DNA of 56,135 nt, filler included, from Sphacelaria rigidula (GCA_964200075.2; 7 parts of 7 records of this genome joined end to end with filler, not necessarily neighbours in it); one strand, 5' to 3'. Shown: positions 1 to 12,400, counted from the whole stretch's first letter. Notes: a model not told the origin generated them from the letters alone. Translations and numbers: made by a program.

Positions 1-3000
1 CCCCCATCGTTAGCCTGGTCTTATGACTATGGCATGCATGATCATGAGGACAGACCCCCCCCCTCCCCCCCATCGTAGCATGACTGGCAAACACCATGTT
101 TTTGGGAGTCCGGTCCCCGGACGGTCCCCGGAGATTGGGTTGCACAGTACGCTCCGTATATTTGGACTCCTACAGGAAAGAGACCCAAAAAATAAGAGTG
201 CAACCCCTATCGTAGCATTGCTCTGTGACAACTAATAAATGTATGTTACCTTTGCTACTCCGCGCGCATATGGTAACTAACACTGCTGGAAGCTTTCGAG
301 GTCACATCTAGTGAAAACACTCCTTGTACGTGAACACGTCGCTGCGATTGCTGTCGTTATCATTCGTCGTCTTTTTTTCTCCCTATGTGTGTGTTTGTGT
401 GTTTGTGTGTTTGTGTGTTTAAAATTCCGCGTGGGTTTGCTGTTATTTCTTGTTGTTGTTCTTGCTTTCCCCTTTTTCATTGCTTTGTACGTGCTTTCGT
501 CGCTGTGCAAAAACTGTGTCTGTAAATGTCGTCGGTGGTGCGTGAGCTCGTAGCGAGAAGGTTGTACCGTACTAATAATGTGACGAATAATTTTTTGACG
601 TTAGGTTACTTATGTCTGTAACGTTCCTCAGGAACGTTCCATGAGCCGTCATGACGGTCCTTCCGTTCGAGAAACAAACCCGGACCCCGTACACGCTTTC
701 GCACCTGCCAAGACTCTTGCCAGTTCACGATCGGGGTAGTAGCTTGCTAGCTCCATTGCGTCTCACCTCTTCTTGTACAGATTCTCCTGAGAGATAACTG
801 CCTCTTTACGGCAATTGGGTATGTTTGCTCAACACTATGCACGTACTGCCTCCCAAAACCAATGTCCCTTCCGCGAGAGCCAGTCTTGAGTGGACATGTA
901 GTGTCCACGGACGCAGTCGTTACGCCATATTAAAATCGTTTTTTTTGCAAACGTAGGCACGATCAGGTGCAGAGTACCTGGTCACTTTCGCGCCGAAAAA
1001 TAGAAAAGGTACAGGCTCCAGCGGCCGAAATTGTATATACGACCCAGGTACAGTATACCTGGTCACTTTCGCGTCGATAAAACGAAGATGAAGGCACAGG
1101 CTTTATTTAGCGGCCGAAACTGTGGTTCGGTTTTGTTTCATGGGCAAACGGCACGATTAGGTATACCTGATATCACGTCGCTTTTAGCAAGACTGAAACA
1201 AGTGTAGAGACTCCACACCAGCTCCTAAGGCAAGCAACAAATGAGTACGTTCCCCCCCCAGCTGGAGCGTAAAAGCACAGTCAGACTACAGGTGTAGCGC
1301 GAAAAAGAGTGGACACGTTCTAAAATCTGTTCTAACATGGTGCTCTTCCTTTCATGCCAACGTCAAGTGGTAATTGTGTACAGGTGTTGATGTCATAAGA
1401 ATAACCATGTAACATTTTCATGTCTCAAATAGTTGATCGCCGGTTCGGTTCGGCTGGATACGCTTCGGTTCGTCCTTGTCCGGTCCGGTCCGGTCCGGTC
1501 CGGTTCGGTTGGTCGGTAGATTGTATTTTATTATTTCATTTGTCTTTCATTTTTTTTTCTCGTGTCGTATTTGGTTCGAATTCTACCCTTTTCTTCGGTT
1601 TCATCAGCAATTATTTATTCTTGGCAAAATCAGCCCCAACCATTTCCCCCGAGCGCACCCTCACTCCAGTCAGATAGATCTCTCTGCCCCCGCCTCCCTC
1701 GCGTCCTCTAGCCAGCCCGCCGCTCTCTCCCGAACATAACGGCGCCCTCATCCCGTCTGCGCTCGTCCGAACCGATCGCGAGTTTTCCCCAGATGTACAG
1801 CACGACGTAGGGATGCATTTTCCTCGGCTGTTGTATTCTTAACGGCTTGCAGCTGCGAACGCATCCCGGGCCTATTCTTCCGTCCGCTGCGCTGTTTGCG
1901 GAGCTGAAGCAGTAGTAGCCCCTTCATGACCATTTTCCCCCCGCTCTACAGTATGGGGATTGTGCCGCGTCATTCCTCCGACGATTGATTTGTTGCCGCG
2001 CGCATTTTTCGCCAACGACTGCCTCGCCGTTTTGAATTCCTCCTCTCTCCCACGTTTCTTGCCGAGGTTTGCGCGGATTGTGGCCGCATGCCCACCGCCG
2101 CGTCTGCCACCGTGTGTGCCTGCTATAGCAACAGGTACAGCACACGCCACTCGCTGTATTTTGCTGCCATTTGTTCGGTGTTTTCCCCCCCTCTGCTGTT
2201 GTTTGTTCCATCATAAAACACGGGAGCGCGGCGGATGGGGGGGGGGGAGTGGTGGTGGGGGGAGTTGTACTCATTTACTCATGATCATGCATGCCAAAGT
2301 CATAATTTGATATATGTTATCACTGAAATGATGGACGGGGATTGGTGGAAGGCCTTCGAATGAAGAATAAAACAAGAACAACAAATAGAAACTATGCATT
2401 TCATGTGTGTGAATGTGTTTGAACTGTTTTTTCGCTTTTGGGGTGGGGTAGGGACCAACACGGCAGGGTGAACTTTTCGTCTCGCATCGGACCTGGGCAG
2501 CGCCTTCCACTGTTGGAGGTGCTCCTCGGGGCAAAAAAAGTGACTGGGCTGTTCGAGGAAATCACAACGACCACGGACAAGAATTCCCCTTTTCCTTTTT
2601 GTCCTGGGATGCTCCGCCCGAATACACTTCTTTCTACAATCCTATCTGTTTACGGGTTGTTCGCAGGCGCAAGCAATGCCCTCCCTGTTCACACCCTACA
2701 CCCTGTTGCTCACCATCCATACGCACCCGATAGCAGCGGCCTTGTCCTCCTGCTTTGAAGGCGAACCCTCTGAACCTGAAAAAACATATAATTTGAATAT
2801 AATTTGGTCTTACTGATGGCTTACTGATCTAACCGCGGGACGTGCCCTGAAATGGGCACTGCAGTGTGATGCATTGGAATTGGGAGCACCAAACGCAACA
2901 ATCGGCACTCGAATCGCACACGTAACCGTGGAGAACCGCCCGGATTAAACTTATCAATCGATGGAGTACGTCCTGGGCAACGCACTATCCCCAATTGATC

Positions 3001-3915
3001 CAAGGGAAAAAATAATCACAGCCACGAGGGGCTCGGGGAGAAACGTCGGGGTGCAGATCTGAATCGGTCGCGGAGTAATTTCACTTCAGTGCGTACGCAC
3101 GTGCAAATATGATACCCTCAGACATTTTCTGCTGAGGAAAGCCTCGCCGCTTGTGTACACAGCCGCTCAAGGAATCCAAGGTGAAAAGCATTGCGTGTAC
3201 TGGAACAGACGACATCATGGTGACCGAATAGTGCTCTCTCTTCATCTGTGGTGTTGATTGTATTGGTACCGCCATGTTCGCCGTGCCGCATCTACAGCCT
3301 CCGTCCGCTGCGACTTGAGCTTTGTACATTGGTAATACACCGACAACTGTCTCTCACAATCCACTCAACCCAGGGTCAGGCATATGTCGTATCGGCTTAC
3401 GTTTCACTTGGAAAATGAGTGCAAAACCCAAATGACCTAAACAGGGGGTCGGAGAGTTCAACTTTAGAGCCGGGTATTTGTGGGAAGAGGCGACCGTCCC
3501 CAGATATTCTGACTTGAAAAATGAACACAAGACATCATCCTGGCGATCGAGCGTCGCTGTTAGAGCGGGCGGCAAGAGTGACGATCTCTAAAGGAGTAAT
3601 CCGATACTCGACGATTCCCACAGAAGAAGGGAGAAATGCGGCGGGGGGCACGGAGAAGATAGCATTGTACTATACTGCGCTGCGCTGTACTGATTGTACT
3701 GTACTGCACGGTGCACTTCGGCTTTATCTATTTACACAGAGAGCAGCCACCTCATGATGGGTCAGTTGTGTTTGTAATGGCAGAATTATTTACTTCAAAA
3801 AAGAATACCCACCACAACCCAAATACATTTTCTGCAATTACACGCAGGAAGGAATAACGGTGTTGGAGAGTTTCGTGTAGTCTGATCCTTGCTGATATCC
3901 ATAGACGAACGGAAC

Positions 3916-4180
3916 CACACGTCGGACAGATCATGATCATGATCTGTCTGAAACAACTCATCAAACAAGACTCTCGAATCCGTTGGTTCAAAAACACAAA
4001 ATATGTGACCACGGAGTCAGAAAAGCAAGACCGCAACCTTTGCGCTGCTCGGCGTGCTCGGCGTCCGGCGCTGTAAGGAGTAAAAGTGGAAAAGGGGGGC
4101 CAAGTGATCCGGATCATGATCCGGATCAGTATACTGAGAAGAAGTATTTTTCAGACAGATCATGATCTGTCCGACGTATG
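3916..4180. mobile_element. hAT-like MITE
   Basis: TIR CACACGTCGGACAGATCATGATC; perfect 8-bp TSD AACGGAAC (3908-3915, 4181-4188). Confidence 0.85.
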
Positions 4181-4957
4181 AACGGAACGAACGCAACGGG
4201 TGGGAGAGAGAAGACAACGCTGTACTGTAATGTAAAGCATTCCACTGCTGTACTCTACTGTGCGTTTTCGATTGACTTTGTCTCAACCTATATAGAGTGG
4301 CACCCTCAGGGCTGGTCATCCGTGTTGCATTGTCACAGTTTCGACGTGAAAATGAACGATGAATAGACCGTACCGGCGATGCAATGCAGCACGGACATGT
4401 GCGTGTCATGGGTGCAGATGGCCTTCTACGCTTTTTTTCCCAACCGACCGGGCGGCCCATTCGCTTCTTCGCCGATCGACTGTGCGTGTTATTACCATCT
4501 CATTGTCTTTTGCGATTTCCATCAGGAAGATCCGGACACTTTTTGCAAACATTTCCTATATATTCAGGCCCCGGTTAGCACCTCTAACTGTCATGGACCT
4601 ATCGGACGTGATTTGCATATATAATATATACATACCGTATATATACCCCGGTACGTCCAAGTAGCTCTGTAGGTTCCGGCGCCGTGCTAGTAAAAGCCAA
4701 GATCTCATTGCCCTGGGTTGCATCCAGGGGGGTGGTATCCAAGGTGCGGGTGATGCGTAGCGTACTATAAGGTGGTGCTCCTTTATCTTCAGGTACTGTA
4801 CATTGTTGCTTCTGCGTGGGCTAGTGGCATGTTAAACCTCTATTGGGTGCTTCTACTGTTCGGTACGAAACGATACGCACGGTACTATGCGATACGGTAT
4901 GATCCGGTACGATACGGTAGATCCAGAAACCGTCACTGTACGCTACGGTGCGCTACG

Positions 4958-5218
4958 GACACTTTCTATGATAGCCGCCCCAAAAGAAGTGCATGGTTTG
5001 GGGCGGCAAAAATTCACGTAAATCGCAATGCCAAAAGCCGAGCACAACGAGAAGCTGGAAAAATTCCACGCTTGGGTTCGTTCTCGCCAATGTCGCCAAT
5101 ATGAGGCGTTTCATGCGGCCTGAATCCAAACACCAGGCGCTGTATGACCGTTTTTTTTTGTGACACTTTTGGGGTGTTTTTGTTTTTGTTTGGGGAGGGG
5201 GCTATCGTAGAAAGGGTC
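4958..5218. mobile_element. MITE-like element, TIR CTTTCTACGATAG(C)n; second copy about 21978-22347
   Basis: Inverted CTTTCTAYGATAGCC and GGCTATCGTAGAAAG pairs at both loci; analogous GCCGAGATAG(C)n pair at about 43701-43960. Confidence 0.6.
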
Positions 5219-5609
5219 TACGGTACGCTACGTTTGATCCAGAAATCGTACAGCAGATCTATTTGTGTTGTTTTTCCTTGTGCGGACTTTTCTTCTCCCT
5301 TTGATTATTTTATTTTACCTTGCGGGCACGTTCTTGTCGTGTGGGACAAAAAGAGCGTCTTTCTCGCCTGGGGTTTTATGGTTATCGAGTCGGGTCGGAG
5401 GTGATGCACGATGGGGTACCTTTCATATGCCTAACAACAAGAGAACACACGAAGCGAGTCATGAAGAGAGTTTGTGCTACCGACAGTTTCGAGAGAGAGA
5501 AATGCACCGCTTGAAACCGCCTTCTGCGCGTCTGCAGGGTCGGGTCAGCGTTTTGCTGTGACGTTGCTGCCGTGCCTGTATGGCTTTCGTCTTTTGTGTT
5601 GTTTTGTTC

Positions 5610-5697
5610 TGTGACGATTTATAGGCAACCGATTAGACTACCGTATAGTCAGCGCTGACTGTACGGTAGTCTAATCGGTTGCCTATAAATCGTCACA
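5610..5697. mobile_element. Solo 88-bp palindromic repeat of the same family
   Basis: Palindrome with 1 mismatch, TGT..ACA, 4-bp TSD GTTC (5606-5609, 5698-5701); a diverged partial copy starts contig 3 at 16070-16145. Confidence 0.85.
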
Positions 5698-6182
5698 GTT
5701 CTTCCGTAGCAGGCGTTTGTAGAGAACATGCGTTGACGTACCCACTGACTGACTGAACTACACACGCTTTGACTTACTCATCGCTTGACCTGAACCAACT
5801 AAACTAAGTCTTACCTGTCTCGTTGTTTCACGTATACCCATCTTTTCTATCTCGCTTTTTCTTGTCTTTACTTTGGACAACATCATCGATGGGGGCTGCA
5901 CAATGACAACAACACCAACAAACATAAGGAACTTACCCCAGTACATGAGACCAGGTCGCCGCGTGCCAGCCTAGACGCTACACACGTGAGTGCTTCCGTT
6001 CTTCCGGTCTATTCGCTTTTGTTCGTGATCTATTTCACATTGTGATTTTCCTCCGAGCTGTAATCGGTAGAAGTTGGCACAGTTTTCCTCTCCTCGATCA
6101 CGACTACTTGTGATTCTTCCTTCCATCCCAGGTCCCGCGCTTCAAGGTGCCGCCGGGCGCTTCCTCTTTCTCGCCCCCCCGC

Positions 6183-6295
6183 CTGGTCCGGCGGAAACCC
6201 GGCGTGCTCCGTCCCGGCTTTGTAGGGATGCGAGGTCAATGATCTTATGACTGTGGCATGCATGATCATGAGTACACCCCCCCCCCACCGCCCCA
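6183..6295 (+). mobile_element. Short retroposon (related 3' end GCATGCATGATCATGAGTAC(C)n); copies at 15-70(+), 2235-2305(-), 32170-32290(-), 41007-41107(+)
   Basis: Shared CCGGCGAAAACCCGGCGTACTCCGTCC..GGGATGCGAGGTCAATG..GACTATGGCATGCA..ATCATGAGTAC followed by C runs. Confidence 0.75.
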
Positions 6296-6566
6296 ACCGA
6301 CGCCTCCCGCGCGTGCTTGCGTGAAACGTTGAATAACACACCCTCGAGACGAGTTTCGCGACACACTGGTTGTCGAATATTGCGTGCGTGACAGAAGTAA
6401 GTGCATGTCGCCGAGGAAAGGAATAGGATGCTGTTGCTGTCGCCATAAAGGCTGCCGCATGCAACCGCTTCGGACGTTATAGCTTGTAAATTTGGCTTAT
6501 TTTTTTATAATTGTTTCGAGAATTCGTGTTGAACATTCCACACCTAGCCCACAAACATCACAATAG

Positions 6567-6890
6567 GATGGACTCGCCCCCGAGTACGCCCCCCCCTCCC
6601 CTCGCCGAAGGGATGGCGAGCTACAATTGGGTCGCCGCTATGCGGTTGAGATGGGGGTTGCGCTCGCTATTCTACCGGGCAAGGTGAGGGTGCTTGAAGG
6701 CTTGCTGGGGCCAATTTGCGAACGCTACGGTATTGGTCCGGAGTACCCGAGGAAATTATGGCAAAACGCCAAAGCCCAAGTCGGCGCTACCCAGGAGGTG
6801 GACCTTTGGAACAACACAAGGGCTGAACGCCCATCGCCCCTCACGCCAAGAAAGGTGGCGGCGCTGAAGAACGTTGACAAGAAATCGGTC
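6567..6890 (+). pseudogene. Possible N-terminal HTH fragment of a Tc1/mariner-superfamily transposase
   Basis: GELQLGRRYAVEMGVALAILPGKVRVLEGLLGPICERYGIGPEYPRKLWQNAK resembles a transposase N-terminal HTH; no catalytic part follows. Confidence 0.3.
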
Positions 6891-6988
6891 ACTTTTTTTG
6901 CCCCTGAGAAAGGGGCGAACAAATACGGCCATTTTGGAGCCGACTGATTTTTTGCCCGTTCGGCCGCATAGTGCAACAGCGAGCTGCA

Positions 6989-7020
<32 letters not shown>

Positions 7021-7323
7021 GCTTCTAACTCAAAAACTAGTCGAGAAATAGAAAAAAGACGTCGACAATCGGACACGGGGAAGGGCTCGTACGAACATAG
7101 CCCACTAGACTTATGCGACAGAGGAAGTATAATACCATCATCCGGTTGCCGTCTGAAACTACTTCGAGTATTACATAATGCAGAATAGCCAGGTAATCTG
7201 CAAGCAATTGCCTGTTCGGTTCGACTTTCAACATCAGCTCATCGCGATGGCAGTTGATGATACTTAGTGCTCATTTTTTTTTTTCTCATTCCATTTATAC
7301 TATTCTATCAATGAGTATTTTAG

Positions 7324-7587
7324 ATGTCTGGCGGTGGCCTCATCCGAGGTAAGGTCACGGGAAAAGTGGTGGAGCGAGTCTTCGGCGACGTACTGCTCAA
7401 GACGCTCGACGATTTCCAGCGCAATCTTCTTGAGAGGCGGAAGTTCTCCCCCAAGGCGGGCACTGCGGGCTCCACCGCGAACAGAAGCAGTGGCGATGGC
7501 AACGGCGAAGACGACGACTGCGGTGATGATAGTGATGACTACCTGGAGGTACTGTGCGGCACGCAAGATTCCCCTGGGAAGCTGCAG
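7324..7587 (+). CDS. Probable internal exon of an unidentified protein
   Basis: TTTTAG acceptor, 88 GC3-rich open codons (..VVERVFGDVLLKTLDDFQRNLLERR..DDDCGDDSDDYLEVLCGTQDSPGKLQ), CAG|GTGTGT donor; no recognised domain. Confidence 0.5.
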
Positions 7588-7604
7588 GTGTGTGTGTGTG
7601 TGTG

Positions 7605-7800
7605 TGTGACATACTCCAATGCGTGTTTCATAGTTCTGTATCTGTCATATTCCAGTGTGGGCCATTCACCAGCGTGTGAGAGCTGTACTCCGATGTGTGG
7701 GTCACACTACGGTGCGTCTGTCATACTCCGATGTGTGGGTCACATTCCCATGTGTATGTCATACTCCAATTTATGTGTCATATTCCAATGCGCGTGTTTT
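7605..7800 (+). repeat. Minisatellite (GTCATAYTCCRATGTGT) following a (GT)n microsatellite
   Basis: Roughly 8 diverged 18-26 bp units. Other simple repeats: (CCGGT)n 1440-1515, (TA)n 6989-7020, (CA)n 44119-44154, poly-C 31996-32035. Confidence 0.75.
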
Positions 7801-7935
7801 CCATACACCAGTCAAGGGGCCTTACAGACTGGAAAACGGTTTATACCCCCCCCCTCCCCCCCCTCAAATGCGAGACGTGAACAAAGGTGGCATGAAATCG
7901 TTTGATGCACTAGACAGTAGGGAGAAAACGATGGC

Positions 7936-8035
7936 NNNNNNNNNNNNNNNNNNNNNNNNNNNNNNNNNNNNNNNNNNNNTTAATTAATTAANNNNNNNNN
8001 NNNNNNNNNNNNNNNNNNNNNNNNNNNNNNNNNNN
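7936..8035. other. Artificial contig linker (N44-TTAATTAATTAA-N44); identical linkers at 15970-16069, 24004-24103, 32037-32136, 40070-40169, 48103-48202
   Basis: Six identical 100-bp spacers containing an all-frame stop 12-mer; intervening segments are 7935, 7934, 7934, 7933, 7933, 7933, 7933 bp, i.e. size-sorted contigs. Confidence 0.97.
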
Positions 8036-8259
8036 CTTGGACCGCGGTGCCGGTAGTCCATCTGGACCACGTGTACTTTTTTCAAGTGAATATTGATGCC
8101 GATTCAGCAGGTGACCTACTCTCGTGGTCTAACGGTTAACTCCTCCTGCGGAATTTTGAGGAGGGAGATACTTTCGCTCTGTGTTACTTTTTCGTATCTT
8201 CCCTGCAATAGAGAAATACGACTTCAACCCCATTTTAGTGTTGAACCTCAAAATTTAAA

Positions 8260-8876
8260 ATCGGCTGTTATGCATGCTGACTACCTTTCACGACCGGACG
8301 CCACCAACTTGGTCGCAGGCCGCGGGGTTGCTATGCAGGCTAGTGGACGGAATGATGGCAGTGAAATAAATCAAGCAACGTGCTACCACTGCGGAAAGCA
8401 AGGTCACGTTAGGAGAACTTGCCCCGCCCGAAGTGCGACCCGAGCACTGACAGGAGGAGAGGGTCACGACGGGGGAAACAATGGGAATGTAGGCAAGTGG
8501 TGCTCTTTCCACAGGTCAACAACCCACAGCGAAGAAGAGCGCCGTTCCTTGCAACAGCGCAACCAGCAAACAGCCAATTTCGCACAATGATCAGGGTATC
8601 CACCAGCCACCGGTACAAGGGGGCACCCTCCCGCCGTCTCCTTTAATGCCCTAGGAGCGCCTAAAGCGAACCATCCCCAAGCGGACAACCTCTGGCCTTT
8701 CGCTCCAACGAACAAACCCGTTGCTTCTTCTGACAACAGCGGCCTCTTCGGCGCCTTCGAAGGAGCCGATGGAGAGGAGGCCGAGGGTCCGGGGTTCTGG
8801 CGCAGAGCTCGCAACCTACTACGGGGAATCAGGGAGACACTTTCTCCACTAGTGCGCGCGCTGGCCGTGATAGCCG
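8260..8876 (+). mobile_element. Older (host) copia element, gag part, interrupted by the inner element
   Basis: CYHCGKQGHVRRTC knuckle plus KWCSFHRSTTHS motif; frame continues past TGA 8588-8590 to the TSD. Confidence 0.85.
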
Positions 8877-9131
8877 TACTCCTTGGCTCAGGCACAGGGT
8901 AATGGTTCCAGATATTTTATTGAAGAGCACCCAAGTTCTACTATAACTTGGGAGAGTGCTGATGAGATTGTGAGTAGATGAAAGAGAATGAACAAAGGTG
9001 GCGGACTGCTCCGCTGCTCACAGCCGTACTGTACAACATGTGCACACACTTGACTGTCGGTACTCGTACGTCACCCCGACCCCCGGTTCTACGTAGATCC
9101 AGCATTACTGGGTATCTGAATCACTCGAACA
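8877..9131 (-). repeat. 3' LTR of inner copia element
   Basis: Matches the 5' LTR at 253/255 positions; preceded by the polypurine tract; ends GGAGTA next to the TSD. Confidence 0.93.
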
Positions 9132-9499
9132 CTCCCCCTGATCGGATACCTCAGCACTCAAAGGTCAAAAAGCAAATCAAGGAGAAAACTCGGCCTTCCG
9201 AGCAAAAACCCCATTTCACACAAACTCCACCGCTTGTGCTCAAAACAAACAGCCCTTTTTCGCAGACGCCCAGGCCAGGGCACCTGCACTCAACAACGGG
9301 AAACGCCCTACAAGCCCATTCCCCACAAAGTAGCGTGAGCGGCTTCACCCGATGTAAGTGCAGATGGATTACGGAAACCATGACCTGAAATATCTAGAGC
9401 TGGCAAATCGAAAGACACACACAAAACAACAGATGTGCCTACTTGCTGTCCCCAGCGTTCACCAAGGCGCGACGGTGCCTCTTGAACAGCTTGAATGAG

Positions 9500-12400
9500 T
9501 CTTTGTAACGATATCAGCGTGTTGCCACTCCGAATCCACATGAACGATCCTTACTGCTCCCGTCCTAACTAAGTCCCTAATAAAGTGCCACCTCACATCG
9601 ATGTGCTTACTTCGACCTGAGCTGAGAGGGTTGTCGGCTAGAGCTTTAGCCCCCTCATTGTATTCATAGAGAACCATACCGTACTCTACTTGTCGTCCCG
9701 GCACGACCTTTGATGGTAGGAAAGACAGTACCGACCTGACAAACATGCATTCGTTCGCCCCTTCTGCCATAGCTACGTTCTCGGCTTCGGTGGTCGACAG
9801 GGTAACGCAGTGTTGTGTTCGACTAGCACTTGATACTGCTATCCCCGCGTACATGATAGCTACACCGGAAACTGACCGCCGGTCTGTATCTTTCTTGGCG
9901 TAATCAGCGTCGAAATGGACTGAGAGCCTACTCTCCCCTGAGCTAAAAGTCAGACCGTAGTTTTTGGTCGTGTTGAGGTACGGCAGAACTTTCAACACCC
10001 CTCGCCAGTGTCTTTCACATGGGTCATGTGATTGTCGGGCCAGGTCTCGGGCTGCATTTGCTATGTCAGGCCTGGTTACCCCAGCCAACCACACATCAAG
10101 CCTCCCACGGCACTCCGGTATGGTCTATCTAAAGCCTTGTCTCCTTGCTTCACCGATCCTAAGTCTGCAGACACTGAGGCGGGAATATCAGAAAATTCCG
10201 TAACCTCGAAACGCTTCAGCACGGTGTCGACAAAGGTCGTCTGATTCACGTACATGGTACCTCTTTTCCAATTCCTATCTATGGCACACCCCGTATACCA
10301 CTTGATTTCACCTAAGTTGTTCGTCGGGAATCTATCGTTGAGGATATTACATACCCTCTTCACTCTTTTCGTTTCTCCCCCAATTAGGATGTCGTCCACA
10401 TACACAACAAGTATGACACACACATCCCCCCTTTCCTCCAGGCCGTACACACACGGGTCAGCCTTTCTTTGCGACATCACTACATCCTCCATCAGTGTTT
10501 TGTTCAGGAGGAGGGACCATTGCCTCCCTGCTTGTTTTACGCCGTATATAGATTTTTCTAGCCTAACCGTGCTACCTGTCAAGGGGCCACACCCTTCTGG
10601 GAGCTTCATGAACACGGTCGTGTCCATTTTGGCTCGTACAAAAGCCTGGGTAACGTCGAAGTGATATAGTGGCCATCCTCTTTGTACTGCCACGGCCATG
10701 ACTAATTGTATTGATGTCATGGCCGGGGTGGCTGCAAACGTCTCAAAATAGTCTACTGCGAATCTCTGGCCAAAGCCACGTGCCAATAATCTAGCTTTCG
10801 CTTTAGTTACAGTACCATTAGCGTCGGCTTTTCAAGTGAACACCCATTTGGTTGTGATATTGTTTACTCCTTTTGGAATTTCTCTTTTTGAGAATGTACC
10901 TGCGCTTTCATGCTCATTCAGTTCTGCACGCATGGCATTCAACCATACTCCCTTGTATTCCGACTTTTCTATGTCTTCTGCTGTTACGGGAGGAGTTTCC
11001 ACGTCTCTCACGTGCGGACCGATGGGGGAACGCAAACCAAAACTGGGCTCCTCCTCTGTCCCATTTTCGGCCGAAAAACAAAAATGCTCCTGCTCCGCAA
11101 AGATCTCTTCGATCAGCATGGCCGCGCTGCCTCCCACCTCTGGTCCGGCTGCTGCAGTGAGCAGCTCCGTCATTCTGCACTTATCCTCTGCCATTCCATA
11201 CAGCACAGTCTCCGCTTGAGCCTTCGCCTGGACCCTCGCCATCGCGCGGGAAAACAAATCGTTTCTTTCCCACGCCAGCATTCTCTCCAGTTCTTCTGCC
11301 GCCGAAGCTAGCTCGTTTTGGTCGGCTGCCGCTCTCGCCGCACTGCGCGTGCGACCTGCCATTTGTGGAGGCAGAGATAATTCATCGTCGAGTGCAAGAC
11401 GGCGTAGCTCCGTCCTTGGGATTTCGGAAGCTCCACCGCCCCCCCCGTCGTTGCGCTTGGGGGTGTCTACGGTTGTCGGCGTTGTGGCTGTCGGCGTTGG
11501 CGGCGACGATGTGGCTGTCGGCGTTCGCGGCGGTGATGTAGCTGCCGGCGGCGATGTGGCTGGCGGCGGCGATGTGCCTGTCGGCGTCGGTGGCGGTGAT
11601 GTAGCTGCCGGCGGCGATGTGGCTGACGGCGGCGGTGTGGAATTAGCGGCGGCGATGTTGGCGGCCGGCGGTGATCCCCCGTCATCAATGAGATGTCGGA
11701 CAGGGTTGCGTAAAATCCCGCGCCCCCCCCGCTTCTGCAAGGAGGCGGCGAGGTCATCTCACCCCCCCCGCCAATAGCGGGGCTCTGTTGTGCCGTGTCT
11801 GCGTCCAGCTCTGGGTTGGGGAGCAAGAACGACACGTGCCGTGAACCGCGGGGTAAAGCATGCGCCACCGGAGTTTTCCGTTCCGCGGACTTGCTGCCGG
11901 CCATCCCTCCCTCGATCTCGTCATCCCTCGCTCCGTCGGGCGTCGGGATCGCTTGCTGTGGGGCGGGGAGAGGAGTAGGGGGACATATGCCCATGTTACA
12001 TGCCTGGTCGTAATAGTTTGTCCTGTTTCCGTCATCACTCTCGTACCATCGCGCTGGTCCTGGGGCTGGGATAAGGTACCAGCATCTCTGAGCTTTTCGT
12101 TGTAACTTGTCTGTCCTCTGAGCCCTACAAAATCCTGGCTTCAGAAAAGGAAGAGGCTTGTTTTCCGGTGGTACTCCGTGCCACATTCCGTGTGGCGTCT
12201 TGTTTCCCGGGTTAGCCGAGGTTGCAGTACAGTTCAAAGCATGACATGCCCAGTTAGCTTGTTCCGCCCACAGATTCTTGCTAGTTGGGATATTCTGGTT
12301 CGGGTATATCTCCGATGCCTGAATTTTGGCTGCAAGGCCGGCCGACTCTATGAAGTCAATTGCCCGCTCCGCTACGCCGTTGGACTGTGGGGAGTCAGCA

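Noticed and set aside
7980-7991. TTAATTAATTAA recurring every ~8 kb as a biological periodic signal
   Set aside because: It is embedded in N runs; an assembly linker with stops in all frames.
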